A stretch of 63,999 nucleotides of DNA, filler included, from Phoronis australis (Eukaryota; Animalia; Phoronida): the NCBI GenBank assembly GCA_002633005.1. It is 9 parts of 9 records of this genome, joined end to end, with 100 filler letters (N's around TTAATTAATTAA, not from the genome) between each part and the next. Parts side by side here need not be neighbours in the genome. Positions count along the whole stretch, not along the records: positions 1 to 7,202 come from NMRA01002055.1; positions 7,303 to 35,986 come from NMRA01000328.1; 7 more parts are not named here. One strand, written 5' to 3'. Numbering within the stretch: the stretch's first letter is position 1; each line of letters opens with the position of its first letter. Of the stretch, positions 1 to 12,329 are shown piece after piece. The notes beneath the pieces are model-generated. The model made no database searches. It was not told the DNA's origin and saw only the letters and a list, made by a program, of their open reading frames with translations. A program made the position numbers and the translations under genes.

Positions 1-330
1 CTGTTCACTCACGTAAAATTGTCGATTTCGAGATTCACCACAGCATGTTTTTAAAGTTCATGTATCTGCCCCCCGTCACCACTATTCCCCCGCACTCCTG
101 TCGCCCCAATTCCAATTTTTGTTAACGTTCACGAATTCGAACAATAATTTTTCATAAAAACAAAATTTCGAGCGAAGAGCTCTTTCTCAGCGGTGTCGGG
201 TAAAATGTCCACTTTCCTGCTTCATTTTATCTTATTTTACCTTTCGCTTACACCGGTGCGCTTAGTTCAGAATATTTACACTTGTTTTTTCTATGAAAAC
301 TTAAACATACGTTACACCTAGGTTACTTAC

Positions 331-643
331 CGGCCTCAGACACATTCGTCAATCGGGGAAGCCTGTCGCCTTTAAACGTGCAGTAGACTTCCATTTCTAC
401 GTCGTACGCTCGTACCATTCCCCTGTCCCTGTAAGCTTGGTTGTCAAGTCGGCGTAGAACTTTACCGTAAAAAACCACATCGGATGCATCGACGAAGTTG
501 AGAATGTCTGTATTCGGCATTTGTGAACATGACAACGTTAGCTGAACGCAGCCAGCCGTAATCACAGTTAAAAGTAAGACGGTGGAGAAAGCCGTCGGCG
601 AATTCTTCGCCTGAAATCCACAACAGTGTGAACCAGTCTTCAT
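331..643 (-). CDS. First coding exon of a secreted protein with an NtA (agrin N-terminal)/TIMP-like domain; gene continues off the left edge
   Basis: ATG at 643, hydrophobic signal-like stretch (AFSTVLLLTVITAGCVQLTLS), then C..(x)..ASDVVFYGKV...YDVEMEVYCTFKG resembling NtA; phase-1 donor G|GTAAGT at 330. Confidence 0.7.
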
Positions 644-2330
644 TATGGATACGTTGTTCAGTCCAGTTGTCGGCAGAGGTTCGGCTCACAACCTCCCGAA
701 CGAGTTAAAATCAGATCACGACCCGACGTTGGATAATCAAATTAAAAACACAAATGAGTGAGGACAACCAGATCTATTTATAGTCTGTTTTTTCTTGTCC
801 AATATGTCAGACCACTAAAGTGTGTTTTTCCTAAACGTCACCAGACCATTCCTTTACGTCTTCTTTTCAGACCAATCCAAACCATGACTACTTCCTTTGC
901 TGTAAATTCAATTCACTACCCGGCATGCGCTTTATCAGGTTCAATGTCGCTGCCACGCGAACGTGGTAATGGCGAACCTTCGTGGGTATGCTATATTAAA
1001 AACAGAGCTCTCGAATGTCCCTGTCTCACGATACGTTGGTTTGTATATTTGGCAGACGGAACTTTGATATAAGCGTTAGATTACAGTAGGATAAACAAAC
1101 ACGCCACCAAGTGAGAAATATCCGACCAAGGCTGAATCTCGAAGCCAGATGTTTCGGAGAGGATTCTAAAATGTAAAATGAAATAACCACTCTCTTTGAA
1201 AAACTATAAAACTGCCAAACCTTTGTTTGTGTTACATTTTACATTTCTTAAAATGGTTGTAGAAGAGACTATCTAATATAAAGTTCTTACTCCCGATTGG
1301 GAAGGACGGACCCCGTGATGAGAAGGACAAACCTTGTCGGTGATGGTAATGACGGGGTTATAAAAGTAGTTCCATGCAGCGGTATTGTTTGATTTAATAT
1401 GATAGGTTGTCACTAAAATGAATTTGCAATGAAAGACAGTACAGTGTATGCCACAGCCTGCCGAAAAATGGTCGAACCGTTCTTAAAAGAAGCTTAATTT
1501 GTTTTTTTTTTCATGAAATCTATTTTTCTAGTTTTTCGTGAGGATGCGTGTATATAGTAGGTTACTGTTACGGCAACGTGAATGAAATTTTAGCATTTGA
1601 CACGCAACATGGCAATGGAATTCATTGATCTTTTTACCGATACCGAAAATCGATGCGAGCGCATCAGAAAAGAATCCGCAAAGCGTCACGCAAAGGGTCG
1701 TCTGCTCGGTGAAGCTGGCGGTTGATTTTGTTTAGATATTACCTGTTTGGTGGTATCTATGATAAACTGAATCCCCGGTTATTTAAAATTGTAGATATTC
1801 TAAAATGTCTGCTGACGGTGCTGCACGAGATGACCGCATAGCCCTTTTCTATATATGATGTTTCTCGTTATCCATATAAAGAGCAGTTAACGTGACACGA
1901 AAGGGCAAAAAGAAACGAAGGTTCGTTCTTCCCAACACAGCGTTGTTCCTCCCATTCCATTTACGGGTCCTTTTCACCACATGCCCAGTCCTTCCCGTCG
2001 GCAGCCCGTGCTTCATAGTGGATAATGGAGGTCTGTAGAAACTCAGTGCACGAAAAAAATCATGAATTTGCCTTGCATGGTTCTAAATCTAAAATGAAGT
2101 ATGATTGCTCGAAATACTAATACTAATACTAATACTACAGACTGTGGCTAACGCACTCCTGGACATAGCGTCTCACAACCGAACGCGGCTCGCGGACCTA
2201 CAAACTCAGATCACTGATTCACTAACACCCGTGCTCGCATTCAAAACACGGGGGATCACTTGCCCAAAAAGCATGGCTCGCGAACTCACGACAAGCGCTG
2301 CACACGGGATAGCAAACAATCGGCTCAGGT

Positions 2331-2542
2331 CCCCATTTGGCGACGTGGGCAAAAAGGTCCGCCTCAGAGAAACAAAAACTCCGAAAAAAGTAGAAAACGA
2401 TACAAAAGTCGACTAAATAGGCAAGAACTACCAAAATTCGGCGAATGCACAATTCATAGCTCTGAACGTACCCGTGAATCTTAATAAAAGGTCCACACTC
2501 TCAAAAATTCGAGCACGCCATTTTTAGGCTGGGTGCATACAT
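2331..2542 (-). mobile_element. Degenerate copy of the MITE family at 31755-32008
   Basis: CCCCATTTGGCGACGTGGGCAAAAAGGTCCGCCTC and AGGTCCAC..AATTCGAGC..AGGCTGGGTGC match the reverse complement of both subterminal regions of 31755-32008. Confidence 0.7.
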
Positions 2543-3219
2543 TATTCTTATGCATTCATAACTTTGTTAGTGGATGCGAGTCTCGGAACCGTGCTTTTTG
2601 GATGCGAGTCGTGTTTTGCGAGTGCGAGTGCTAGTTTGAAAGCCCTGAGTGAACTGAGACACTCCGAGAGCAGTGTTCATATTTCGTGAGCCGTTTTGTT
2701 CGCGGGGTAATTTGATATTGGTAGCAGTAAGCAAACACGCACGAGCATAAGAGAACTTTAGGAAAAATCGAATACAACCGACGTGATGTAAGTATTTTAT
2801 AACAGTAAAATCTCTAGAGCTTAATTTGTGTTCTATATTATATAAACGGTGTAATATCTTTAAAAACATTGTCGTTTTTACCCAGTTTAGAATTAAGAAT
2901 ATGTTTCATAACTAAGGAGATGTCGCTAAGATAAGAATTTTTCATAAATTACAGTCCAACATTAATTTTGTATGTGCATTCTTTTCATCAAATTTTCAAA
3001 GTTAATAAGTTCGGTGTCGTTTAGCTGTGGCGGCTACTCTGCTGTCAGTACCACCAGCAGGCACCGAAAAATTCTATGCTATATTCTGTTTATTATAAAA
3101 AATATTGCGTTGCGTTTGGAAACGAGTCATGACAGCTAACTTCCGGTTAGTCCTATTCCAGACGATACCATTTTTCAGAGGGCTGATATCAGTCTTTCTT
3201 TTGTTAATCATCCAGTGTG

Positions 3220-3630
3220 CGATGGATGTAAGACAAGGGTGTTCTCCTCGTTTGTAAATAATATGGTGAGAAATTTACAAAATTAAGAAATCTCGTGTGT
3301 AAATATTGGTCTTGTAAATTTGTATTTGATGTTGTTTGTCGATGACTTGGTTCTCGTTGCAGAAAAACGCTATGCAAAGATTAATTACCAAACTTGAAGA
3401 ATATGGTAATAAATGGAAGCTTCATGTGAATATGTCAAAAACAAAAATTATTGTCTTCCGTAAAGGGGGATATTTAAGAAATTATGAAAAGTGGAAATTA
3501 TTCGGAAAATTGTACCATCTACTTCAGAGTATAACTATTTAGGAATCAAATTTACCTCCTAAGGGTTTGTTTACAACGCCGCAGAAAACATAATCTGATA
3601 AAGCGGCAAAGGCTGTTTTTGTCCTTGGCA
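3220..3630 (+). pseudogene. Non-LTR retrotransposon RT fragment (degenerate)
   Basis: Frameshifted motifs VRQGC, LFVDDLVL, KWKLHVNMSKTKIIVFRKGG, YNYLGIKF. Confidence 0.8.
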
Positions 3631-6600
3631 TTTCAGTTTATTTCCGACAGAATTTTATTGCTGGGAAGACATTCCTAATGCAATAATTACCCTGTATAAC
3701 ACAATAAGAGCTTAAATCAACTTTTGCGATATCAGTGGCGGACGGCGACACCGGTTTTCCCGGTTGATGTAGAGAAGCATTGTCCAACTACAAGATACCA
3801 CTGAACGGCCCTATTTCCGAATGTTTGGCAAAATTGTTTCGTGACATTGCACCAGTATAAAAATATTATTATGTACCAAGCTGAAGCTGCGGTTGAAATT
3901 TGTTGAGCATAAAACTATAAACAAGACTCATGTGAAGACGGTTGGAAATGGCTTGGCTTCATCAGATGATGGGGCAAGAGACCTGGTACGACCTCTATTG
4001 GCATATTGTAGTCGACCAGTCCATGGCAGAACTCGTCGACAAACAGCGACTTCTCAGGCTTAATAAATGACAGAGCAACAGAAACACGCAATATTTCTGT
4101 ACTCCTTACTTTAAGGGACTTTTTCACATAGAAAAACGAATAAAATGACAACACAAGGTATAAGACAGCGACAATATCGACGCAACAAACAGTTGGCCTA
4201 GATCAGGTAGCCAAATTGAGGCAACGTGATTGTTTTATATTTTTAATCCAGCGCAGTCCTCTTTCAAATATTCACGGAGGTGTTTATTGTTGTTGTTGAG
4301 TTTATTATTTGAACTGATAAAAGCGTAATGATGTGACTAGACTAATGCTATTAAAGGGGAATTGTCGTTTTTGCGGCCGAAGAACACAGTTTATTGTTGA
4401 GATTATTGTTGAAAGGGACTCTTTGACGTCATGAGCTTTGACCTGAGCTGTAAAACAACAAAAGCTGTTGCGTTTTGTGATTTTATTACGAATCTTCAAT
4501 TTTCGCCCCCGTCAGAAATTCCCTGAAATCAAAGCCGGTGTCTTTGCCGGCATTTAAATACTCTAAAAGTAGTTCAACAGCAAAGCGTTCGCTGATCTTA
4601 CGGGTTCCAATCCACACCATTGCTAATTTTTGTCTTAAGGTAATTTTCTTTCCGAGAGCAATGTCACGCCCACTGTCAGAAAACAAGACGCCACTTACAA
4701 AGGCGGTTATAAAATCAGCACCAGCTTGCTCCTCGTATTCAGATGAAACATGATTTCTATAGGCTTGAGACTTTGAACTTTTATTCAAATGAGAATTTTA
4801 GTTATTTTTCAGCAACGAGTCGTGAGGAGCGTAAAACCTAACAGACATAAGATTGTTCACCACCAAAAATGTTCCTGGTAGTGTTATTGTATTGGTTCTA
4901 TGCGTGATTTCTAAAGCGTGTATGCATTTTGTGATTATTTTGTCCAATACTTTCATAATGCACAATTTATCATTAATCAAAGTATCTATTAGTAGTGCAC
5001 TAGAGGATGTTTCGTTGTTTGGTAGAAAGTAAAACATTTGTAGAAGTGTTGTTTCGCAGTTTGCCGAAACGACGAGTATTGCATTTGGAGTGCATGCCTT
5101 AGGATTCTTGATTTTTTTGTTTTGATAGGTTGCCGCGATTCTGAGCTCCAAAAAGTAAGTTGCTTTAACCGTGTTGGTGATCCCAAGTTCTAGGTTCCAG
5201 TTCCAGGTTTATTGAGTAAATATGAAAGGCCTAGCAAAAATTCGTGATTCAGAACTCAACATCGGAACCTGCAACTGGACCATAGTACAGGCGGACTCGA
5301 AGGTTGGCTGCCGAAGTAATGCCTGTCAGCAGAATACACAAACTCAGCTACAGAGTTCATAGTCATTATGCGTCTTTTGGCGTTGTCTGTGGGCCGGCAG
5401 ATCTGAACCCAACTCAGCAGTCCGACTTTTGAGCCATTTCGTTACTTACTGATGGATGCAAACCCCAAAGTTTCATATTTTAAAGTAGTGCAATTAAGAC
5501 ACGCGTACAAAGACATGGGTGTATTTCTTTGCTAACTTCAGGACACAAAGTCATGAGCATAAACCAATTACCCTGGTCAGATAGAAAAGCTGAGCACAGC
5601 TCAACAATATTTTACATCTTTCTGATTCTATGCGTTTCATCATAGAACTCTAGAGTGCTATGGTGGAATGTACGTGCGGTCTGTGGATAATAAGGGTGCG
5701 CGTACGTACGTAAATCACTGCTTTGGAAATTATCAGCATCGTACGCTGCGGGGCGGAATAGTTCTGGTCCAGCTGGCAACCACATATTCAGTGGCGGATC
5801 CGCTCAGTACGTTTTCAATAAGGGGGGCTTAGGATTCGCGCCTGTAGAGAGAGCGGAGGGAGGTCGTTAGGGGGGGGATCCCGTGCAAGACAAATGATAC
5901 AAACTAGAATCAGTTTCTCAGTGTGCGCTCGTAAACTGTATGTTTTACTACTGAGGTGAATTTGGCATGTCTGAAAATCTATTTTGTTTTCATTGTACAC
6001 AGGCATCAAAGAAAAAAAAGTATAAAACCGACATTATGCACAAACTGAGTAGAATTATAATTTATTACATTGGTGTTTCTGCAAGAACGTTAGCCCTATG
6101 CTTCTGTTGTCTGGGCTGCCAAGGAATTTGTGTGTTGGATCCAATAGTTTGCTCGTCTTGGTTGAACCATTCAACCCAGACATCTTGTTCCTAATGCCGT
6201 GTCCAAAGAGTTACAAGCTCAATTATATTTGACCCTTTCATCATGGACTGCTTCAAACCATCTTGCGCCTTTTGGCAAAAACGATGTATCCCGTGACCAA
6301 TTTGCATCTCTTGCAATTATCGGAATAAACGTCCCAATGAACACTTGAAACCTGAAGTTGTTACAGCGTCTATAGGCATGGACGTTTCATCGGGTGGGCC
6401 TTTCTGCAGAAAAGACGGCAGTCATTGCGGTTAGGAAGACGGTCATTGCTGAGGTCGCCGGGACCCAGGGCTCCTTGAGAGACATATTGAACACTGCGCG
6501 AGTCCCACATGAGACTTTGCTGAGAAAGTAGAGCCTATACGAAATTTCTGGTACTGGTACACTGTTCGTGAATGCTGGGTCTCCTTATCAATGTGAGTGC

Positions 6601-7202
6601 CACCCGGGTTCATCCCTTGTTAATGTATAGGCCTAACTTGCAAGGTTGTATCTTGAAACGGACTCGCGACTAGACCCGGCCACAGAGCCTGCCACAACAG
6701 CAATTCTTCTGGAAAACAAGTTGATGATGTTTTAAAATAAACACATTACATGTACACTGTGTGATTATTGTGCAAGACAACTTTATTACACACCAGCCAA
6801 ATTCAAGTTATAAACGTGTGAAGTGTAATAGCATGAAGTTACAAGGCTGAGGTAAAATGTTGAACGTCCATTCGCCTGAATACCAGGGTTGCGGACTTGC
6901 GGTACCACAGTATTTTCCCCAATCAAATCAAAACACATCTTAAAGTAAAGACGCTAGTTATCAGCTACAGATCTGCTTTTTCCGCGGTGGATCCATCTAT
7001 GGCGCTTGGCTACTTCAGAGAAGTGTCGACGCGGAAGCGCACGCACACTTAACTCCGCGGGACTTGCCGATCATGAGCCACGAAAACTCGAAATTCGCTG
7101 CCTTTCGTGAATACAGCAAATCACAATGGTGAATCCCTCTCAATTTTATATAGGTTGATTACTTGGGGTTTACACACGGGCGGTGCCGTTTTTTTTTTTG
7201 GC

Positions 7203-7302
7203 NNNNNNNNNNNNNNNNNNNNNNNNNNNNNNNNNNNNNNNNNNNNTTAATTAATTAANNNNNNNNNNNNNNNNNNNNNNNNNNNNNNNNNNNNNNNNNN
7301 NN
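7203..7302. other. Artificial contig spacer
   Basis: 44 N + TTAATTAATTAA (stops in all frames) + 44 N. Confidence 0.97.
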
Positions 7303-7480
7303 ATAGATGTCACTGCAAGACAGTACATCACACACTAGAATGCAAAACCACTGATTCATGACAACAAAACTGCCTCCTTTAACTCAGACAAGGCCATAGT
7401 GTTTGCCAAAACTCTAGAGAGAACCCACAGGATGCACGAAGGCCCGATCTTCTGCGATATGACAAAACGCCTCGTGGACT

Positions 7481-8919
7481 GTGCAATGGTCCGAAAAGCA
7501 CATCTGTTCAATACCCTTAACACAACTATGCAAGAACGGAGATGACCACCGAATGCCTGCTGAAATAACGCCATTTGAGATCAGGCGAACACTTTCTAAG
7601 TGTCAGAAAAACAGCAGTTCAGGAAGCGATTCCATCTCATACGACGTTCTGACAAAATGTCCGCTGACTCTCCAAGAGAGGCTAGCCGAGATATACAACA
7701 GATGCTTTGCTATCGGCCACTTTCCCAAACCGAGGAAAAGCGCAGTGGGTGTCATGATACCCAAACCAAACAAAGACCACACTAACCCGGCCAACTACCG
7801 CCCAATCAGTCTGCTATCATGCATTGGCAAAACGTTCGAACGAATCCTCACTAATAGAATAAACGCAGAACTGGATTCTAAAGGCTTCTTTAATAGGTGG
7901 CAGAGAGCCTATAGGAAAAAGCGTGAAGGAACCGAACACACCCATAGACTGATAGCTCAAGGCAAAACGGCAATGGGCAAAAACTTTTGCACCGGAGCCA
8001 TAGTGTTGGACGTGGAAAAAGCCTTTGACTCTGTATGGCATGACGGCATGAGATACGAACTCTCCAATATAGGTCTAGCAGACAAAATGGTTAGACTCCT
8101 GTCATCTTTCTTGAGAGACAGATGCATCTCGGTCAGACAGGGGCAATCCGTTTCCCAACCGGTGAAACTGAGGGCCAGCACCCCCGGGGTCCATCCTAAG
8201 CCCGTTGCTCTTTTTGATCTATGTCAACGACCTACCAATTCACCCAAGGGACAAAGTTCAGATATCCCAGTTCGCCGACGATCTCGGGTTCTTAATAAGT
8301 GACAAACAAGAGACAGTTGTCCAAGCACGCCTCCAGCGGGCACTATCAAAACTGGAGGACTGGTGCTCCATCTGGCGCATCAAACTCAATGCCGCAAAAT
8401 CACAGGTCATCCTGTTTCACCGCAAACGCAAACTGCGACCGTTCAGTCTNAAACGCAAACTGCGACCGTTCAGTCTTTCACTATTTGGTGTCAGGCTCAC
8501 ACCAAAAGCAGAGGCCACTCTGCTAGGGGTAACCCTTGATCAAAGACTGACGTTACAACCTCACGTCGCACGTGTGTGTGACCGTGCATCGATTGAAGGG
8601 CCCAGGGTGGGGCGCAAGGAGCGACTGAGTACTACTGATCTACAAAATGTTCATCAGACCCCTATTCGAATACGACGCGATCGATATTTCAACCCGTGCT
8701 CTTTCCACAATCGAAAGGCTACAGAGAATACAAAACTGGGCGCTGAGATTTGCTCTCGGACAGCCCAGACATTCCCGAACTGACATATTACACGAGCTCG
8801 CCGGAATGCAGACTGTCTCCGAGAGGCTGCAGTCACTTCGCGAAGCCACGCTAAGCCGCATTTCCGTGACAAACCTATTCCACGATCACTTAAGGGTTCT
8901 GGCCCTGCTCAACTGGTAA
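7481..8919 (+). pseudogene. LINE ORF2 reverse transcriptase, split by frameshifts (ORFs 7481-8302, 8205-8783, 8647-8919)
   Basis: Consecutive RT subdomains distributed over three overlapping frames. Confidence 0.88.
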
Positions 8920-9056
8920 AAACTGTCCCGACGGGGCAGTATAAAGACAACCGAACGTTCGTGACAACCATGTACCGGAGCATCAAGGGTTCGGGCCCTG
9001 CGCTATAAAGACAACGGAAAAAAAACTGTCCCGACGGGGCAGTATAAAGACAACCA
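8918..9056 (+). repeat. Direct duplication in the LINE 3' UTR
   Basis: AAAACTGTCCCGACGGGGCAGTATAAAGACAACC occurs twice (~8918 and ~9021) plus a partial copy at ~9004. Confidence 0.9.
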
Positions 9057-9839
9057 ATCAGTAGCATGACAGCTGTTGCCATTAAGCCGGCTTCGTGCGA
9101 ATCAAACTCTAATCTGTTGCCATCAAGCCAGCTTCACACCTAACATGTCAATAACGCTGTTGCCATCCAGCCAGCGTCTCGTCTCCACAAGAAGAAGATG
9201 AAGAACACCACCTCTACCACCACCAGCCTACCAGGTCCTGCCCTCGATCCACGTCCACACCAACCACATCAACGACAGAAGGCGAGATCCACCGACCTTG
9301 CGAAGCTGTTCAAGGGCTTCGCCCTCATCTACTCTACTCTCTCTCTCTGGAGCAAGGCGTAAGGGAAATTTTCATTGCGCTTGCGCAATATCTTATATAC
9401 TAGTGACCACGTTGTTTTGGACGTTTGTCATCAGAAAATACGCAGACTGTCTTGGTGTAATTGACTTCTGTGTTTGTGATGATGTCGTGTAAGTGCAACT
9501 GAAGTGGAGCAACTCGCACTGTAACAATTTGCGCCTTATCAAGTATTCTTCGTGTTAAAAGGGCTTAAATATGAAACCGGGGCAAGACGGAAGAGGTCAT
9601 GTAGAGTGTGCTTAGCTTTACCTCGTGACGAGTCATTTTGACTCATCCGAATAAAATTAAGCCCCTCAGAGTTGACTGGACTAGTAATTCCTAAGCAAGT
9701 CAAGCACTCATTTCTGTTTAACCAATTAAACGTTGTGGCCCAGACAATGATGACGTGTACTCCGATGTCAGTCAGTTTAAGTGCTACGGAACTGAGCCGA
9801 CATCTGACCTGCAAAAAGGCCATCTACTGTCTTTCTTCT

Positions 9840-10091
9840 CATAGGCGGATTTAGGGGAGGGGCCAGGCCCCTCACCCTTGGCTGCTACGAAAATAAAACA
9901 GCAGGAGACTGAGGAAATATTGAGCTCATTATTAACTAGCCCCGGTAATTTAGATGCGATTCCCGTTTTTTTAGTCCGTTTGTTTTTTTGGAAAAGGTCC
10001 ACTCTGTCAGAAATTCGAGCGCCCCATATTTTACGCTGGATGCCCGAGACACAGTGTTGGGCCCCCTTATGATATCCTAGATCCCCCATTG
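9840..10091 (-). mobile_element. Short MITE of the same family as 45012-45857
   Basis: Ends CATAGGCGGATTTAGGGG... and ...CCTAGATCCCCCATTG match the reverse complement of both ends of 45012-45857. Confidence 0.8.
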
Positions 10092-10829
10092 CCTCCCTTA
10101 ACCAATAAGAGTTAAGTTTAGATGTTTACTCATATTTTTTAAAACAATCATAATCTGCCTGCGATGAGTTTACGCTATATATGATAATGGTAATAATGAC
10201 GATAATATGTAGGCCTTAGCACTGATTGGTTGAGAACGTCGACGTGGGTTGAATGTAATCCTTACTTTACGAGGAATTTAATTTCAAAAATCAAAAACAT
10301 TTTGAAAAGTCACTAGTTTTAGTCCCTGCTGTATAGCTTTATTTTAGGCAGCTTTGTGCCTGCGAAGTCATGGCTAATGCAGCAATTGCTCTACGCCACA
10401 CAAGAGAACCTTAGATCTGATTCTCGGATAAACAGGTCTCTTGACAGCGGGAATTATATAAACCTATTGACGAAGTACACGGTGTGGTGAACAGGCCGAT
10501 TTTTAATGGCAGAAGTATGAAAACAGGTTCATTGGTCAGTTCATTTTATCAGAACAAACGCGGCGGAGGTATGCCAAAATGTGGATTGAATATTACCATA
10601 CATTTTTTGCTTTAAACACATAATTTTTGGCAGCTTTTATTGGTGCTGGGTGTTTTCATTCACCAAGCAATCACATTAGCCCTGGCCATAAAGCTGTTTA
10701 TGGTGTCAATTTTGGTTATGAATTTGTCGCAGGCACGTGCTACTAGAGGATATTTTTCATGTATAGTTTCCGTATGAAAAGATGCCTTCATTGTGGATTA
10801 GGAACACTACAAAATGGTCCAGTTTTACA

Positions 10830-11320
10830 ACAGGACTCAACAAAGGGGTTTTCTGTTCTGGTTGTCTAACACTACATGTCGTGCCAGACTGTCTAAATGT
10901 CTAACTCCTCATCAACACTCCACATCTAAAAGTAGTGACGTATTTCCTGGACAATTTTCCCTGCTCCCATTATTTTACCTTTTTACGTGTTCTGAATCCA
11001 GTAAATCCACCTGGAAGTCTGTGTGAGAGTGCATGCCGCGAGTGTTCGAGCTTACTAGAAATACCTTCACTGGTGGGCCCTGGATACTTGGTCAACAACT
11101 GGCATGTAGTGCCGTGTGTCGGTCTTCCAAAGGCAGGATCGATTCTCGTCGCAGTTTTCAACGGCCTTGTCGTCACGTGGCTGTTGCAGCTAATGTGAAT
11201 TGTTTCCCTTTTGGATTCATCAAATCTGACGTCTGAAAGAAAAACTGGCTATATCTTCCAAGGCAAAGTGATTGTTGTGTTGTTTACTGGCAACGTAAAA
11301 CAAGTGTGCACTACCTTTTT
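10830..11320 (-). pseudogene. Possible piggyBac transposase C-terminal relic
   Basis: SAHLFY...FSFRRQI resembles the NAxxLY...FRxxI piggyBac motif, followed by a decayed Cys-rich-domain-like stretch (H..RL.G..RT....RKYVTTFRCGV); many stops. Confidence 0.4.
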
Positions 11321-11344
11321 GAAAAAAGTCCGAAATTAACAGAG

Positions 11345-11905
11345 AACTGCACTTTATGACCCCAAAATCGGACCTAATGACCCCAAACATTGTAACTGAA
11401 CCTTGTTTATGAATGGCAAACCTATGCATGAACGTGAAAGGTCTAGATCAAAAATCACTTTTTCATTTACTGACCGTTAACCTGGAAAATCGGTTAAGTA
11501 CATTCGATCTAATTTCTGTGTAAGTTTTGAGTGCACTTATATGGCACCAAGTTGTTTACGAAATTTTAAGAGCCAATCTCAAAAATGGCAGGAATAGAAG
11601 CATGTGTCAGAATTGTACCTGATAACCCCTCTGGGAATCTTATTGTGCATTTTGGGTCAAAACCTTATTATCAATAAAATTTGACTGGCAATTGGTTGTA
11701 CTGCCATGAATACGAACGGTCTCCCTAATATAACATACAACATACAAGTACTAGCTGACTGAAATTAAACAAAAAACTGCACTTGATGGCTTCAAAGCTG
11801 CACCTAATGGCCCCAAAGTTTGTGTCTGACTTCCCCTATAAAATGGACAACACATGCGGGATTATACAGCGGCTACCTCAATGCACTTGATGACCTTTGA
11901 CCCGG
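11345..11905. repeat. Degenerate satellite-like interspersed repeat
   Basis: ACTGCACTT-ATG-CC--AAA--G-ACCTAATG-CCCCAAA recurs at ~11347 and ~11777; TGACCTTTGACC motif at ~11891. Confidence 0.5.
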
Positions 11906-12329
11906 AAACTCCGTACCCTTGATAACGAGACACGCGAAAAAAACAGCTGAGCGATGTGATTAAGCGCACAATTCATTGTTTTTGAAACCTAAAACGAGGC
12001 TCACCTTTAAAATGGCGACTGCCTGAATAAGGTGTATTGTTGGCGTGTGCTAGACTTCAGCCATTGATTCATCTCCTACCTTCTCTTACCTGACTTGTAA
12101 CTTGGGGATTTAATTAACTTTTTTAAGAGAATCCTAGTACGCATTGATGTGAAGTGGGCTTTTAACTGACCTATGGCTTACTTTTTAAAGTCGTTGAATT
12201 TTTGTGCCAGATTTAAACGTTTCTGCTTATTCTAATTTAGGAACCCATGACTGACCCAGCAGACTAACAACCCACTCAATCTCCGATACATAGTACCGAA
12301 AGGAATCCGGCCCACCCAACGACTGGCTC

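Larger units (their letters stand above)
7303..9348 (+). mobile_element. Jockey/I-group LINE, 3' half (RT, 3' UTR, CT-rich tail); 5' end cut by spacer
   Basis: RT motifs PKPNKD..NYRPISLL, LDVEKAFDSVWHDG, LFLIYVND, QFADD, RPLFEY, LQRIQNWALR; ends in ACTCTACTCTCTCTCTCT. Confidence 0.88.

Noticed and set aside
5960-6700. Possible decayed coding region on the minus strand
   Set aside because: Short open stretches with stops and no motif I can assign
7247-7258. TTAATTAATTAA as a biological motif or TTAA target site
   Set aside because: Identical and centred in N runs eight times; an artificial spacer
8421-8477. Tandem KRKLRPFS duplication in the LINE RT
   Set aside because: Copies are separated by a single N at 8450, typical of an unmerged contig overlap
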